Source: Vitrella brassicaformis CCMP3155 (Eukaryota; Protista; Chromerida). From it: a stretch of DNA of 64,000 nucleotides. The position numbers and the translations under genes are program-made. Of the stretch, positions 24,713 to 36,401 are shown one piece after another. The notes beneath the pieces are model-generated. The model saw only the letters and a program-made list of their open reading frames with translations, was not told the DNA's origin and made no database searches. The DNA lies in assembly GCA_001179505.1 (NCBI GenBank), contig CDMY01000263.1, positions 1 through 64,000 of the forward strand, read 5' to 3'. Positions within the stretch are counted from its first letter, which is position 1. Each line of letters opens with the position of its first letter.

Positions 24713-27449
24713 ATGGAGGGCCCCAGGGGAGGCGCGCAGCGGGCGGCCAAGCCGAAGCAAGACCGTGAGAAGTTCACTGGCATTCCCATCGAGTGAGAGC
24801 GGCTGTGCATTCATCATGCAGAAATGACGGATCTGCATACATTCATGGCGTGGTGTGTATGTGATGGCTGTGACGTCAGGAACCGTCAGGTGTCCGGCGA
24901 GGCCTTTCAGAGGGACGTAGAGGCTCAGGGGATGCAGTTCGTGTCGCTCGAAAAGCTCCACAAGATGGTGAGTGAGAACACCACACCACCGGGCATATAG
25001 CTGCTGCAGCAATGCCAATGTATGGCGCCATCCGTGTCTGTGTGTCTGTGTGTTTGCACTGCACTGGTCCATGCAGAAGAGCAGAGATGTGGCGGACAAG
25101 ATGGCCGACTGGCTGATCATAGGGGTCTTCTACTTCAGGGGCGCCATCAAAACCACTGGCGGAGGTGAGCGGCACCCATGTGTCTGTCGTCTTGCGGCAC
25201 ACCTCTCCCTCCACTTGTGCTGCGCCCATCTTCAGGGTCCAAGATGCTGCATTGGAAGCTGACGGACCTGCGGTATTGACACCACACAGAACACACACCT
25301 ATCTTCCTGCTACACACGCTGGTCTGGTCTGTCTGGCCCCGTCCTGTTTGTTGTATGCAGCGGCCACTGCGCCACGGTGCTCATGTTTGACGACGCATAT
25401 CGGCGCCTGTAAGACAAGACACGCCTCTCGAGAAGCCGACACCAGATTTGCAGAAGAGCCATCTGTATGTGTATGTGTTTGTTGGCAGGGAGTCAGCCAG
25501 GCCAGGCGGCATCTGGGCGTTCCTCAATCCAGACATCATGCCGCGACGTGAATCGGTCGGTATGCAAACAGAGGGAGGGTCCAGTCCACGGCTACATTGT
25601 GTCTGTCATGTCCCTCTGTGTTGTGTGTGGACCGGACCGGTCATTCATGTTTGTTTTATACATAGGACGGGCGTGCTCCCGACACGCTCTGTGGCGGAAG
25701 CATCTCTGCGGATGTGCCGAGTCTCAAGGTCAACAATGCTAGGTTTGTTCTCAAGGTGAGGCAACTCCCTCACACACACACGCATCTGGCTGCCTTGGAG
25801 AATGCTCTCTCTTGTGTGTGGAGGGGACGTATGCAGTTGGGCGACGCGAGCACGTTGGCGTTTTGCGGCGGCCTCATTGGCCAGGGCAAGAAGCGATGCA
25901 ACAAACCCATCGACAGGTAAGCGCATCTCTGCAGCTGATGCGTCCAACCGACCAGATGCTCTTCCGTCAACACGTCCCTTTGTGTGTGTGTGTGTGGTGG
26001 TCAGTGTGTTGAATGGCTCCATGTGTCCCGACCACGCGTACCAGCGGATCATCCTCCAGACCATGCAGTATCACCACAGCAAGGACATGCCCATCAGAGC
26101 ACCGCCGAAAGGTGGGTGACCGAGACACTAGTTACCGACAAAGACCCTCACTCTCTTCCCCTCCGTGCATCCATTCAGCTGCCGAGCAAGTCGCCGCCCG
26201 CCCGCAGGACAATCTCAATGATGATGACGACGACGACATTGAGATTGAGCTCGAGGACTCAGATGACGACGACCCAGTACACCGACCCCAGAAGAAGGGC
26301 CAGAACCCCCCCTCCAAGCAGCCGCCTCCCAGGATGCCCGTCGTCCAGGCCAACAAGGGCCCGTCGGCCGCCATCGCTGCCAAGAAGGGCAGTGAGGGAG
26401 GGGTGGGGGGTAGGTTGGATATCCGTAGCCTGCTGCAGCGCCTGCTGGATTGTTCCAAGGACGGCAAGAAGTCCGATTCGCTGGTGGTCGGGCCGGTGTT
26501 GAAGCAGCTGCACGCTAGCGGGATCGCACGGGAGGCCGACCTGCGGGCCGTCGGGGACAAGCAGCTCCTCGAGGCCACACGGCAGCTGGCAGAACACCCC
26601 AACCCGGTAGGTAAACACAACACCATACACACAACTTGACGCAAGCCAGGCAATCGCCCTGTCGTGTCGTTGATTGATGCCTTCATTCAGGTGAGTGTCG
26701 GTTCGTTGGCCAAGAAGCTCAACGAGGAGTGGCGGTGGGTCCTCAACAGCAGGGTCGGCCCGACAGCCCCCGGCCGCCAACCCAGGCGCCGGGCGCCTGA
26801 TGAGCCACTGCCAGCCCCACCTCCCAGGCCCGCAGCGGCCTCTGAGGCAGACAACAAGGGCAACAGCAGGCGCAAGCGGGGCAAGGAGGAACAGGAGCAG
26901 CCGAAGCCGGCGGCGCAGCAGGCGGATCAAGACGATGATGAAGACGACGCCAACTGGCTGTTTGCGAAGTTGCTGGCTGAGAAGGAGGGCCGCCGGCCGC
27001 CACCGCGGCCCAAGAAACCGCCCCCTGTGGAAGACAAGAAGCCCCCTGCGCCGAGGAAGAGGGCCAAGAAGGACAAGGCCACCAATGCCGCCAAGCCCGA
27101 CGTCCAGGCACGGATGGATCAAGGAAGGGCGCACACATGTTCTACTCATCGAACGTTGCGTTTGTTGCGTGACGTGCAGGGTGGGTCGTCCAGCGCTGCT
27201 GGTATTGCCGGTGGTGGTGTTGATAGGAAGAAGGTGACTCGTGAGGAGCTGGAGGCCATGATAGCCAAGGCCCTGGAGCAGAAGTCGGTGTTCGACCAAT
27301 GCGACATCGCTGCCGCAGCCAACGACCAACACATGGTAGGTACTGTGACCACACATGCTGGCGGGGCGGGAATCAGCAAGTGGTGCATTGGTCACTGTAC
27401 TGTGGGCCTTTGTTGTCACCTTCTTGCTTGCGCTCAGGACGAGTTCTGA
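24713..27449 (+). CDS. MCM10: MCM10-like replication factor (OB-fold + CCCH zinc finger) with TFIIS-N-like C-terminal domain
   Basis: Spliced EKFTGIPIENRQVS, DWLIIGV, HWKLTDL, WAFLNPDIM and LGDASTLAFC-x10-C-x12-CPDH follow the order of the MCM10 internal domain (human C-x9-C-x11-C-x2-H). Confidence 0.75.
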
Positions 27450-27779
27450 TGATCTACTTGATGTGACGGATGGTATGCCTGCCCGTCCGTCCGTGTCGAT
27501 GTAGTATGTCACTCTTCCATGCCATGTGGGCGTATGTGGGCGAAGGACGGGCCGTTGGACTCGACGGCAGATGCATACAAATGGCTTTGAGATGACAATG
27601 ATTCAACGTGATTCCGTGACCCCATATGCAGTGGCCAGCCTTTTTTCAGCTGCAACGGGCCGGTGAATGAATCCAATCCCACAAGAGGCATGTACTGTTG
27701 GGGTCGCCGTCAAACCCTGCTCGTTGCTGGAGAACACCGGGAGTCTGATTGGCTTTCTGCTCGTTGCTGGAGAGCCCCG

Positions 27780-28123
27780 ATGTCCCAGGTAGCTTGGTAT
27801 AGTGCCCTCGACAATGAGGGGCAGGTTATGGTGAAGCTCGACACGGATGTCAGCCAACACATCACGGTCGCACAGACAGCCTCACACACGAAAGAGGGAA
27901 AGAGATCTACCTGGCCAACACACCACATGCGTCCGTGTGCTGTGTTTTCATCTGCACTCCATCCAGATGTGCCAGCGTGTGGGCAAGAAATTTGACGACG
28001 AGTTCTTGCCTGCGGAGCAGTCCATCGCCAAGCACAAAACGGGCGCAGCCATCCCCTCAGCCAAAGAATGGAGGCGATTCTCAGATATGTTCTCAGGTCA
28101 CACGGGGAAAGACCCCCCCCCCC

Positions 28124-28158
<35 letters not shown>

Positions 28159-30642
28159 GGAGAGGGGGGGACCAATGCTGCGTGTTGGGTCTGCCTGTGC
28201 ACAGGTGCGAGTCTGTTCAGTCCAGCGAGCAAGACCGAGTACAGCCGGATCTACCAGGGACACCTGGGGGACTTCTACTTCATCGCAGCCCTCGAGACGG
28301 TGGCCCTGCGTGAGTCGCTCATCCAGGCGCTGTTTGTGCGGCATAGCGAGGAGCACGGCATCTACGGCACGAGGTGGTACAAGAACGGCCAGTGGGTGCC
28401 CATTATTGTCGACGACTACGTGCCCGTCGGACTAGACGACAACCTGCTATTCTGTCAGTGACAGAGAGGGGTGCGGGGAGAATGGGGACGGATGGGTGTG
28501 GATGATGTGTGTGGCTTGTCGTGCCTTTGTCTGCACTGCAGGCCGTGATGGCAATCCCAACGTCATGTGGTGAGTGAGTGAGTGTGGGGGCAATGGATGG
28601 CCACGGCCAAGCGGGACTCCCACCAGTCATGTTTGTTCCTTCCTGTGGTGTGTGTGTGTGGTATGTGTGTGGCAGGCCGTCGTTGCTGGAGAAGGCGTAT
28701 GCGAAGCTGCACACGTCGTATGAGGCCATAGGGGACGGCGGCTCGATAGAAGAGGCACTCATGGACCTCACAGGTACACATCCATCCATCCATCCACATG
28801 CTGACGTGTGATGGGTGTGGTGTGTGCAGGTGGCGTGACGGGTAGGTTTGAGGTAGAGGGCGTTGCAGCTGACCGACTGTGGGTCTACATATTCGAAAGA
28901 CAGGTGAGGTGCATTGCATACTCACGCCACACACAACCTCACACACACACAACCACGCCAATGAGTGGCCTCCCTCCCCGCCTGTGGTGTGGTGTGTGTC
29001 AATCAATCAACAGGAGAGTTTCCTGTTCACGTGTCTGGTGGATGCCCGCGAGGTGGCGCGGCGTGGGGTGTCGCTGGTGTGTTCGTGCTCATACGCCATC
29101 AACAGGGCGGTGCAGCACGAGGGCATCTGCTACTACCAACTCAAGTGCAGCGGCATCTACCACACTGGACCATTCGACGTAGGAGAGAGAGAGAGAGGGA
29201 GAGAGGGGCCCACCGCGGAAATGGATGGATGGGTGCTTTGGTGTGCAGGCGGTGGTTCCGTATAGTTTGATAACGTCTGTGGCTGAGAATGCCGCTCGTG
29301 GCGGTTTCTTCTGGATCACTATGGAGGACTTCCACCTCTACTTCAAGACCATAGTCGAGTGCAGACTCGTTACACAGCCTGGCATCGGCACCGTACGCAC
29401 ACAAACACCACTGCGTTGCCTACATACCCACACACACAGACATTGCTATGATGTCTATATGTCCTGTGTGTCACCAGGTTCCGTCCAAGGCGATTTACAG
29501 TTCGACGCTGATGGCTTTCCAGGGAGAGGTGACGCAGGGCGCATGCCCCGAATTCAGAATCAATGTCGAGAAGTAAGCAAAGCTTTGGGCAGAGAGATTT
29601 GTCGTGGCTGTGTGCCCGCTGCGCCCCATTGTTGTGTGTGTATGTGTGTGTGTGTGTGTGTGCAGGGTGCCGTGTCAGGTGGTGCTGGTGGTGTCGCAGG
29701 TGGACCAGCGCATGGCAAACCACAAGAGATCCAAGCAGGCATCAATGCTGGTCAGTGGACAGGCAGGGGAGAGAGGGACAGAGGGACAGAGGGAGTCATC
29801 ACACCATCAGAATCGCCACACAGTCACACACGCATTCACGTACCTGTGCATCCATCAGCTGACTCTCTCGCGTGTGTTGTGTGTGTATGTGTGTGTGTGT
29901 GTGTGTGTGTCAGGTTCGTTTGTACGAGCGTGTTGGCCCCGACACATGGTCGCTGATATGCAAGTCCAACTGGATGCCACTCCGGGACTCGGCAGTAGCA
30001 TTTGAGGCCGTAAGCAACCAACCATCACACATAACACATACATCCACAGCGGCTTGCCCTGTCGGTCTGTCTGTGTGTGTCGGTATGGTTGGTGCAGAAG
30101 CGTGTGGGTGAGTATATGGCGTTGTGCACTCTGCCGGTGAACCGTTTCTACGGCGTCACGAGGGTCCACCGGCTGATCCTGCGGGTCTACTCGACCGAGA
30201 AGAGCATCAGCGTCAAGGCACTCACACTCACCGCCAAAACACACAAATGGGTCGTGCCACAAGGTAGGTACCTAACCTGCCCCCCACACACACGCATCCA
30301 CAATCACACGCCTTCGCCTGTTATGCGTGTGTGTCGTGTGTGTCTGCAGGCGAGTTGGGAGCGGTGCCAGCGTCGTTTGTCGGCTACGGCGGAGGAGTTG
30401 GTAGGCGATCCAATACCCAAACAAACACAAGCACACAGACGCCACGCCCATCGTGGCGTGCGTCTATGTGTGGCTGTCTGTGTATGTATGTCTGGTCAGA
30501 CATGGATAGCGGCGAGCCGGGTCCTTTGGATGTGGACCCTGACGAGGGCGTGGGGGTGTACCACTCGCCGCCGGCCAAGGGGCCCCTGCTGAGGGCAGAC
30601 AAGCGGGACTGGTGCAACCCTGGCAACTGCTGTGTACAGTGA
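27780..30642 (+). CDS. Calpain-like protein, predicted catalytically inactive
   Basis: FDDEFLP, IYQGHLGDFYFIAAL, NGQWVPIIVDDYVP, WPSLLEKAYAKLHTSYEAI.GG and GFFWITMEDF, followed by a domain-III-like region. It ends ...NPGNCCVQ-stop. Confidence 0.9.
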
Positions 30643-30852
30643 CTGACGGACGGACGGACGGATTATGACTGACAGAGGGGCACGGCACACAGACTGACCG
30701 ATAGATGGAGGTGGGTGGGTGCGTAGGGTGGTTCCACCACCCACCACGGAGGCTGTGGGGGTGTGAATAGAGGGAGGGCAGGGCAGGGGAGGGAAAGGGT
30801 GTTGCTCGACTCGCCACTTGACTGACAGGTGCATACGTCCATACATACACAC

Positions 30853-31004
30853 TGGATGTACCTCTCTAACTATCTGGCGTACTGATGGGTGGGTGGCCTG
30901 GCTCTTGAGACGGATGTCCACAGACGGCCGGCATGCTGGACGGACATGTGTGTGAGACTCCTTGTTCGTTCGCTGGCTGGGCTGCCTCAAACATAAATCC
31001 TTCC
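30853..31004 (+). repeat. Dispersed repeat B, copy 1
   Basis: Direct repeat of 36086-36242. It includes a long identical core, ACCTCTCTAACTATCTGGCGTACTGATGGGTGGGTGGCCTGGCTCTTGAGACGGATGT. Confidence 0.92.
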
Positions 31005-31030
31005 CGAGATTGACTCTCTTTGACCTTAGT

Positions 31031-31044
31031 AAACCCTAAACCCT
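31031..31044 (+). promoter_or_regulatory. Telo-box-like motif AAACCCTAAACCCT
   Basis: Two telomere-type heptamers about 34 nt upstream of the ATG at 31078 (context CGCCACCATG). Confidence 0.45.
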
Positions 31045-31077
31045 GGCGCACGGGCCCCGGAGGAGCTCTTCGCCACC

Positions 31078-32205
31078 ATGAGGCTGTGGAATTTGGCCCT
31101 CGCGGCATTCGATGTCATTCCCCTCGTCTTCCTGTGTGTTGGTACGCAAAAGCTGGCAGAAGAAGCCTCGAAAGAAGCCGAACAAGAGGCGTACTCTTCC
31201 ACTGTGTGCGTGTTCGTTTAGCCTTGAAGTCGGGCTACTGGCTGGAGCCTCATCGATTCGGCTACGTCATGGATGCTCCATACGCCGGTGGCTTCTTCGC
31301 CACCGGCATCGTTTTCCTCATCTTCAGCGTCTGCTTCAAGTGAGGCTCTTCTGTCAATGAATGCACAGCACGGATCCTGTGTGTATGGCCTACTCGCAGC
31401 CTCTACCTATCGTACACTGAAGACATGCGCATTGCGGCACAATCCTTCGTCGGCTCCATCTTCCATCTCGCAGTCTCGGTGGTGGTGTCGCTTGCGGTTA
31501 TGGCCTGGTTCATGATGGGCGTATATTGCTGCTGTTTCTGCTTCGCCTACTGCTACCCGGAGCACTGGGACCTTCGTATCATCTTTACCACACAAGGAAC
31601 CCTCGGGGCGCACAGGGGAATTGAACAAGCGCGAGGGCAAAAGATCGATGTGGATGCGATGGTGGAGTCTATCAACCAACCCAGCAGCTCCCGACAATCA
31701 GATGTTGGAGATGCAATCGCCGGGCTGGTGCAGTGCCTCGTCTACGTCTATCACGTCGACTGGACATTCCCCGCCCTCCACCTCAGCAGGCCGTCGAAGT
31801 GGACGGCAATCATCTTCTTCGTCATCGGTAAGCCAGCATTGATTCCAAGTGTGTGCACATTGCTGCCTACCGTCGATCCGCATTTGTATTTGTCGTGTCT
31901 CCATGCAGGCTACATTTTTTAGTTGATGTTTGCAGCTGCTGAGGTTGTGTCTCCAGAGGACTACGAACGAGGGCCCCGTCCTGGCAAGGTCGAATTCGGG
32001 CAGGCCAGCGTTCTGGGTAGGCAATATAGACGTTCATGCTGTAATCGTTTCTATATTTATTGTGTCGAACTGCACGGTTTCAGCAACGGTGGGTATCGGT
32101 CTCACCATCCTCTCATTGATCGTCGAGAACCTGTGGCCGAAATTCAAGGGCAAACCCGAAATCGACATCGACGAGCTCGATCTCCTCGAATCAGGTTGCG
32201 AGTGA
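31078..32205 (+). CDS. Multi-pass membrane protein, unknown function (gene X)
   Basis: Several hydrophobic exons joined by GT-AG introns (GFFATGIVFLIFSVCFK, VVSLAVMAWFMMGVYCCCFCF, WTAIIFFVIG, GIGLTILSLIV) and an acidic tail EIDIDELDLLESGCE. Confidence 0.65.
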
Positions 32206-32736
32206 AAGTGGGAGAGCCTGCGTGAGTTAGAGTTCAGTGGGCTGAGTGAGTGAGGGAAGACGGCCCGAGTCTGTGTGCCTTGAGAGGGATGCCTGAGTCA
32301 GGGTGCTTTGTGTGCTTTGGCGGAGTTGGGGAGTTGGCCCGTATGTTTTGAGTCCGTGTGCTTTGGGGCATCTGTTGGTGCAGTTCGCGTCCTTTCGCTC
32401 AGTCAGTGTGAACACGAGACTCCTGCTGAATCTACTAGTGTGAGCTATGAGGGTGTAAAGCATACCCCCATACCACACACCTACGTAGGCTTGCTTGCTT
32501 ACAATATTGTAAACGTCAGCGTTACACTCGTTTATTCTTTTTTGTTCCTGTTCTTTCCCCCAACACACGGGCCACAGTCCTTCCAAAGCACATACACAAA
32601 CAAAACACAGGCATTTTAGTAGGTCACAATACACTGGCCTTTTTCTCCTAGTAAGCAAGCTCCACTCGATGCGTTTCTCCCTTTACCACACGAGCCAAGC
32701 TTTGTTCTCCCGCTTTCTCTTCCCTGTCACCCACAA

Positions 32737-32837
32737 CACCCGCTCAACACAGGTTTTTTCCCTTCACCCGCTCAACACAGGCTTTCTTCCCTTAAAAACC
32801 ACGTGGGACGACCTGTCTCACGTGGGACGACCTGTCT
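32737..32837 (+). repeat. Two adjacent short tandem duplications (about 28 bp x2 and 19 bp x2)
   Basis: CACCCGCTCAACACAGG...CCCTT at 32737 and 32765; CACGTGGGACGACCTGTCT at 32800 and 32819. Confidence 0.9.
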
Positions 32838-32838
32838 A

Positions 32839-35835
32839 TCAGTCACCCACTGCCTCCTGAACAGTAATGGACGCTTCCAGCACCTCGTCGCGCCACAGCA
32901 AGATGGCGACCCAGCAGAAGACGACCACAGCTGCAAATGCTGATACCAACGATGCGCAGAAGAAGAAGCCTCTCATCTGCAAGACAACAAATCACAATGG
33001 TCTTGTTTCTTCGCTTGTTGTCTTGTTCGGTCACCTTTTCCAGGCCTTTTCGCTTCTCCTCATCCGTTTCCTTGCGAAGGCGGATGTGTGTATACAGAAG
33101 CCCTGCGTGGAGGTATGAAGCATGAGGATGACTGCTCTTGATATCGAAAGCGCACCCACCGGGAAGATCGCAAATGCAAGAGGCAATAGGCAGAAGGCAC
33201 CGTGCCCAGCACCCCGACCAGCCATAGAAGCATTTGAGGCTGCAAGACACAGTCGTTTGCCATCCGAATCGACATATGTGCAGTTGGATGGGGCACATGC
33301 GTACGCGAGATCGCCGGCTGCTTGAGCATCAGCCGGCAGGATGCAGAGCTCTCTGCGGAACTCGCCAATTCGTGAGGCGCGGATGACGGGGCCGATGATG
33401 CCGAGGAAGAAAACAGCGCCGACGGTGATGTAGAGGATGCCGATTATGCACAGGGCCTTACCGTGGCGCAAACAAAAAAGGCAGGAAACGTGGCGTCGTA
33501 CCTTGGATCTTGCTGTCGTACCTTCTCGTATGGGCTGGTAGCATAGGTCAGGTACAAGAGACCAATGAAGGGCACCGTGAGCAGGAACATAGTTGTGTAC
33601 GCCCAGGCAATGCCAAGGAAGGTGCGCTCAGGGATCGAATCGCCTTCCAAGGCCTTCTTCTGCTCGCAATGATGCACAGCAACAATAAGATTAGCATGTC
33701 CACAGCGGACAATGATGGGTAACTGCATACGATTGCGATTTGAAGGCGTTCCGCCAGCAGGAGCTGTGACGTCTGAACACGCAGTCAGAGCAGGTGTGGA
33801 GAGGTCTATATGGGATTTTACGGGGCCCTCACTTGGACGATCCCGGTACGTTTGAGTGGCGGCTTCGAGAAAAATGCCACAAAGGCGTCCAGCATCACCT
33901 TTTCCTGAACCAGACTCCACGCAAGAAAAGTCGGCTCCTCGTGTGTGTGTCTTGAAACAATGAGGAACCTGATCTCCATGGAACTCCTTCAGTGCCTCGT
34001 TAAGGCTGTCAACGAGATAGGAGGCGAACCAGATGCTGATGGTGAAGGCTCTGATTGAAGAGACACAGAGATGTGCTGCCCTGTTCGAGTATGTGTGAGG
34101 CGTACGTATATGTCGAAGGCAGCCGATCGGAAGGGCGACTCATCCTCGAAGGGCACGTAGAGCAGCGGCAGCGCCGAAGTGAGCAGGGTCCACAAAATGG
34201 TCACCCACACTCCCGTCCCCCAGCGATACGCTCTCTTGGAATTGTTGGCAGCCTGTGCGGCAGTGTCTACGGTCTTCAACCACACGTCTCCGATAAGCTC
34301 GTCGACGATGACGTCTTTTGTCTCCTCTTCCTCAGGCTCAGTCTTTGCTGCATCCTTGCTCTTTTTCTTGGAAGCCATCCAAGCGAAGAAGGCGAGAAAG
34401 GCAGTCCAACAAGTCTTCTTTTGTTTTGCCTCTTCTTCGGCGGCAGGTTGCTGCACTGTGTCCCCGCCTTGGGCCGTAGCCTGCAGTGCTGTGTCTTCTT
34501 CTTTGCCGTCCTTATCGTCCTCTCCCTCCTTGCCTGCTTCCGTCTCTGTCTGCTCTCCCCCGATGCCGCCCTCTCCTTCTGGAGCTCCTGTTGCATGGGA
34601 GAAATCCAATTGGGCCTGCGTCTGCTCCGCCATTTCCTCTGCTTCTTTTTCCTTCCTCAATCTTTCCACAAACTCCTCATCTGCAGGTTTGTGCGTAAGA
34701 AAAGAAACTGGATGAAAGCCTGTGGAGTTGGATCAACCTCATTTGCTTGTAAGTGGATCACTTGCCTGTTTCAAGTTTGATTTCTTGGTGAATATTCCCA
34801 CTCTCGTCTTTCTTTGGGGTGATCTTCACCAGGAGCAGCAGGATGTGGGGGGTCGTGAATGCGAGCCTCAACCACAGCAAAAGCACGGCTTCCTTCGGTC
34901 GGTTGTCGTTCTCCACCTGTTCCTTCTTCGTCTTTTTCGCCTCTCCTTTCTTCTCCTCGGCCCCTCCTGCTGGCTTCTCTCCGGTCTTCTCTTCCTCACT
35001 GGGCAAATTGACGACCACGTCGCTGAGGTCACCGCCGCGGGCTCCGTGATCAGGGGATAAAGCTTGCTGCTGTCCCGGTTTTCCGCTTTTGTCTACAGTG
35101 GGTGACGCTTTGGGTTGCTCCTCGTCGTTGTCCTCACTTGTCTGGGATGTCTCTTTGACACAAGGGAGCTTGGCGAAGTACTCCTCTACCGGCAACCAAA
35201 TTGTGAGGAATTGCACTATGAACGCCACTGCAAAGAAAATGGAGTGACCCCCGAGTCCGGCCGAGCCGATTGCCCTGCATTAATTTGTGAGGCCAGCAGG
35301 CACACACACACACACACACACGCAAAGAGAGAGAGAGAGAGAGTCAGTGAGAGTATGTATGAGGCATTGAAGGTGAGCACATTACGTAAGGCCGAAGAGG
35401 AGAACGAATTGCATGAACTCCATGACAGTCTTCGCGGCGTTCTTGGCGTTGTCGTACACCCAGGAACGGATGCCGGCCACCGACCAGGTGAAGGGAACCG
35501 TCCCATCGCTTTCCAGAAGGAGTGCATCAATCAGGCCCGAGACAAGAGCGTGGGCTGTGAACACTAGAAAAAGAGTCCACGGGTAGTCCTGCGATGATGA
35601 AGCTGCACGCGTGAACAGAACATACCGTCGTTCACAAGTCACGTACCTCATCGACCACGAGAATAGCCCAGATGTCCTGACGAAAGCCAGACGCCCCACA
35701 GTGTCATCCGTGATGTGATTCTGATGTGATCTTCTGCTTCACCTCTGCTAAGGTCAAAAGATCTATCAACAGCCCAACGATGAACTCGGCATCGCACCAC
35801 TTCTTCATTTGCGCGGCATCGCACCGCTTCTTCAT
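32839..35835 (-). CDS. Multi-pass membrane protein with long acidic/charged loops, unknown function (gene Y)
   Basis: ORF blocks 35382-35699, 34758-35228, 33989-34669, 33444-33920 and 33031-33471 alternate TM helices with E/K-rich loops and can be joined by GT-AG introns. Both ends are uncertain. Confidence 0.65.
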
Positions 35836-35842
35836 TTGCGCG
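35789..35842 (+). repeat. 27-bp tandem duplication at the 5' end of gene Y
   Basis: GCATCGCACC(A/G)CTTCTTCATTTGCGCG x2, with one mismatch. Confidence 0.92.
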
Positions 35843-35886
35843 AGAAGAAGAGACTCCCAAAAGTGCGCCCCCACCCCCCCAGGCTT

Positions 35887-35895
35887 AAGCTCGCA
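35887..35895 (+). promoter_or_regulatory. Candidate promoter motif AAGCTCGCA
   Basis: About 50 nt upstream of the gene Y start. Confidence 0.5.
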
Positions 35896-35948
35896 CGCAA
35901 TGGCTCGCACGGGAGATCTTCGCGCAAGGGCAGTGGGAAGAGAGAGGC

Positions 35949-36071
35949 AGAGAGACATTACCCCGTGCGTGTGTCTCCATTCTGGCTCGATTGTTATTGC
36001 CGCAAACCCAACGGGCTGTCGAGGCTCATGGCAACAACACGTCTCTCTCTTTGTCCGCTATATCATCGCCC
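35949..36071 (+). repeat. Dispersed repeat A, copy 1
   Basis: Similar to 39398-39524. Shared blocks in the same order: AGAGAGA..TGCGTGTGTCTC.ATTCT, TTGCCGCA, CCAACGGGCTG.CGAGGC, ACACGT..TCTCTCT and TATCATCGCCC. Confidence 0.8.
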
Positions 36072-36085
36072 CAGGACCGTAACAG

Positions 36086-36242
36086 TGGATGCACCTCTCT
36101 AACTATCTGGCGTACTGATGGGTGGGTGGCCTGGCTCTTGAGACGGATGTACACAGACGGCCGGCATGCTGGACGGACAGGACATGTGTGTGAGACTCCT
36201 CATTCGTTTGCTGTGCTGGCTGCCTCAACCAAAAATCCTTCC
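36086..36242 (+). repeat. Dispersed repeat B, copy 2
   Basis: Direct repeat of 30853-31004 with few substitutions and a 4-nt GGAC insertion. It starts 14 nt after repeat A copy 1. Confidence 0.92.
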
Positions 36243-36401
36243 AAACAAAGAGAAATCGAAAGTCACTTTTACTCGAACACACACACACACACAACACTAC
36301 TAGCAAATCACTCACCCACCGGTCACTCTCCAAATGACTACCACACACACATGAAAGAAAGAGCATCTACAGTACCAGCATCGCCCCGTCGAGAGCTCTA
36401 C

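Noticed and set aside
24602-25120. 5' extension of the 717-aa ORF 22967..25120
   Set aside because: It overlaps the first MCM10-like exons and introns on the other strand. ATG 24601 is more plausible.
26259-27512. 417-aa minus-strand ORF
   Set aside because: It is the antisense shadow of the GC-rich, K/E/P-rich MCM10-like exons. The splice signals and recognisable domains are on the plus strand.
27717-27773. 17-bp direct repeat CTGCTCGTTGCTGGAGA upstream of the calpain-like gene
   Set aside because: Only two copies, not seen at other gene starts, so there is insufficient support for a function.
31031-31044. Chromosome end or large interstitial telomere
   Set aside because: Only two units, embedded between genes.
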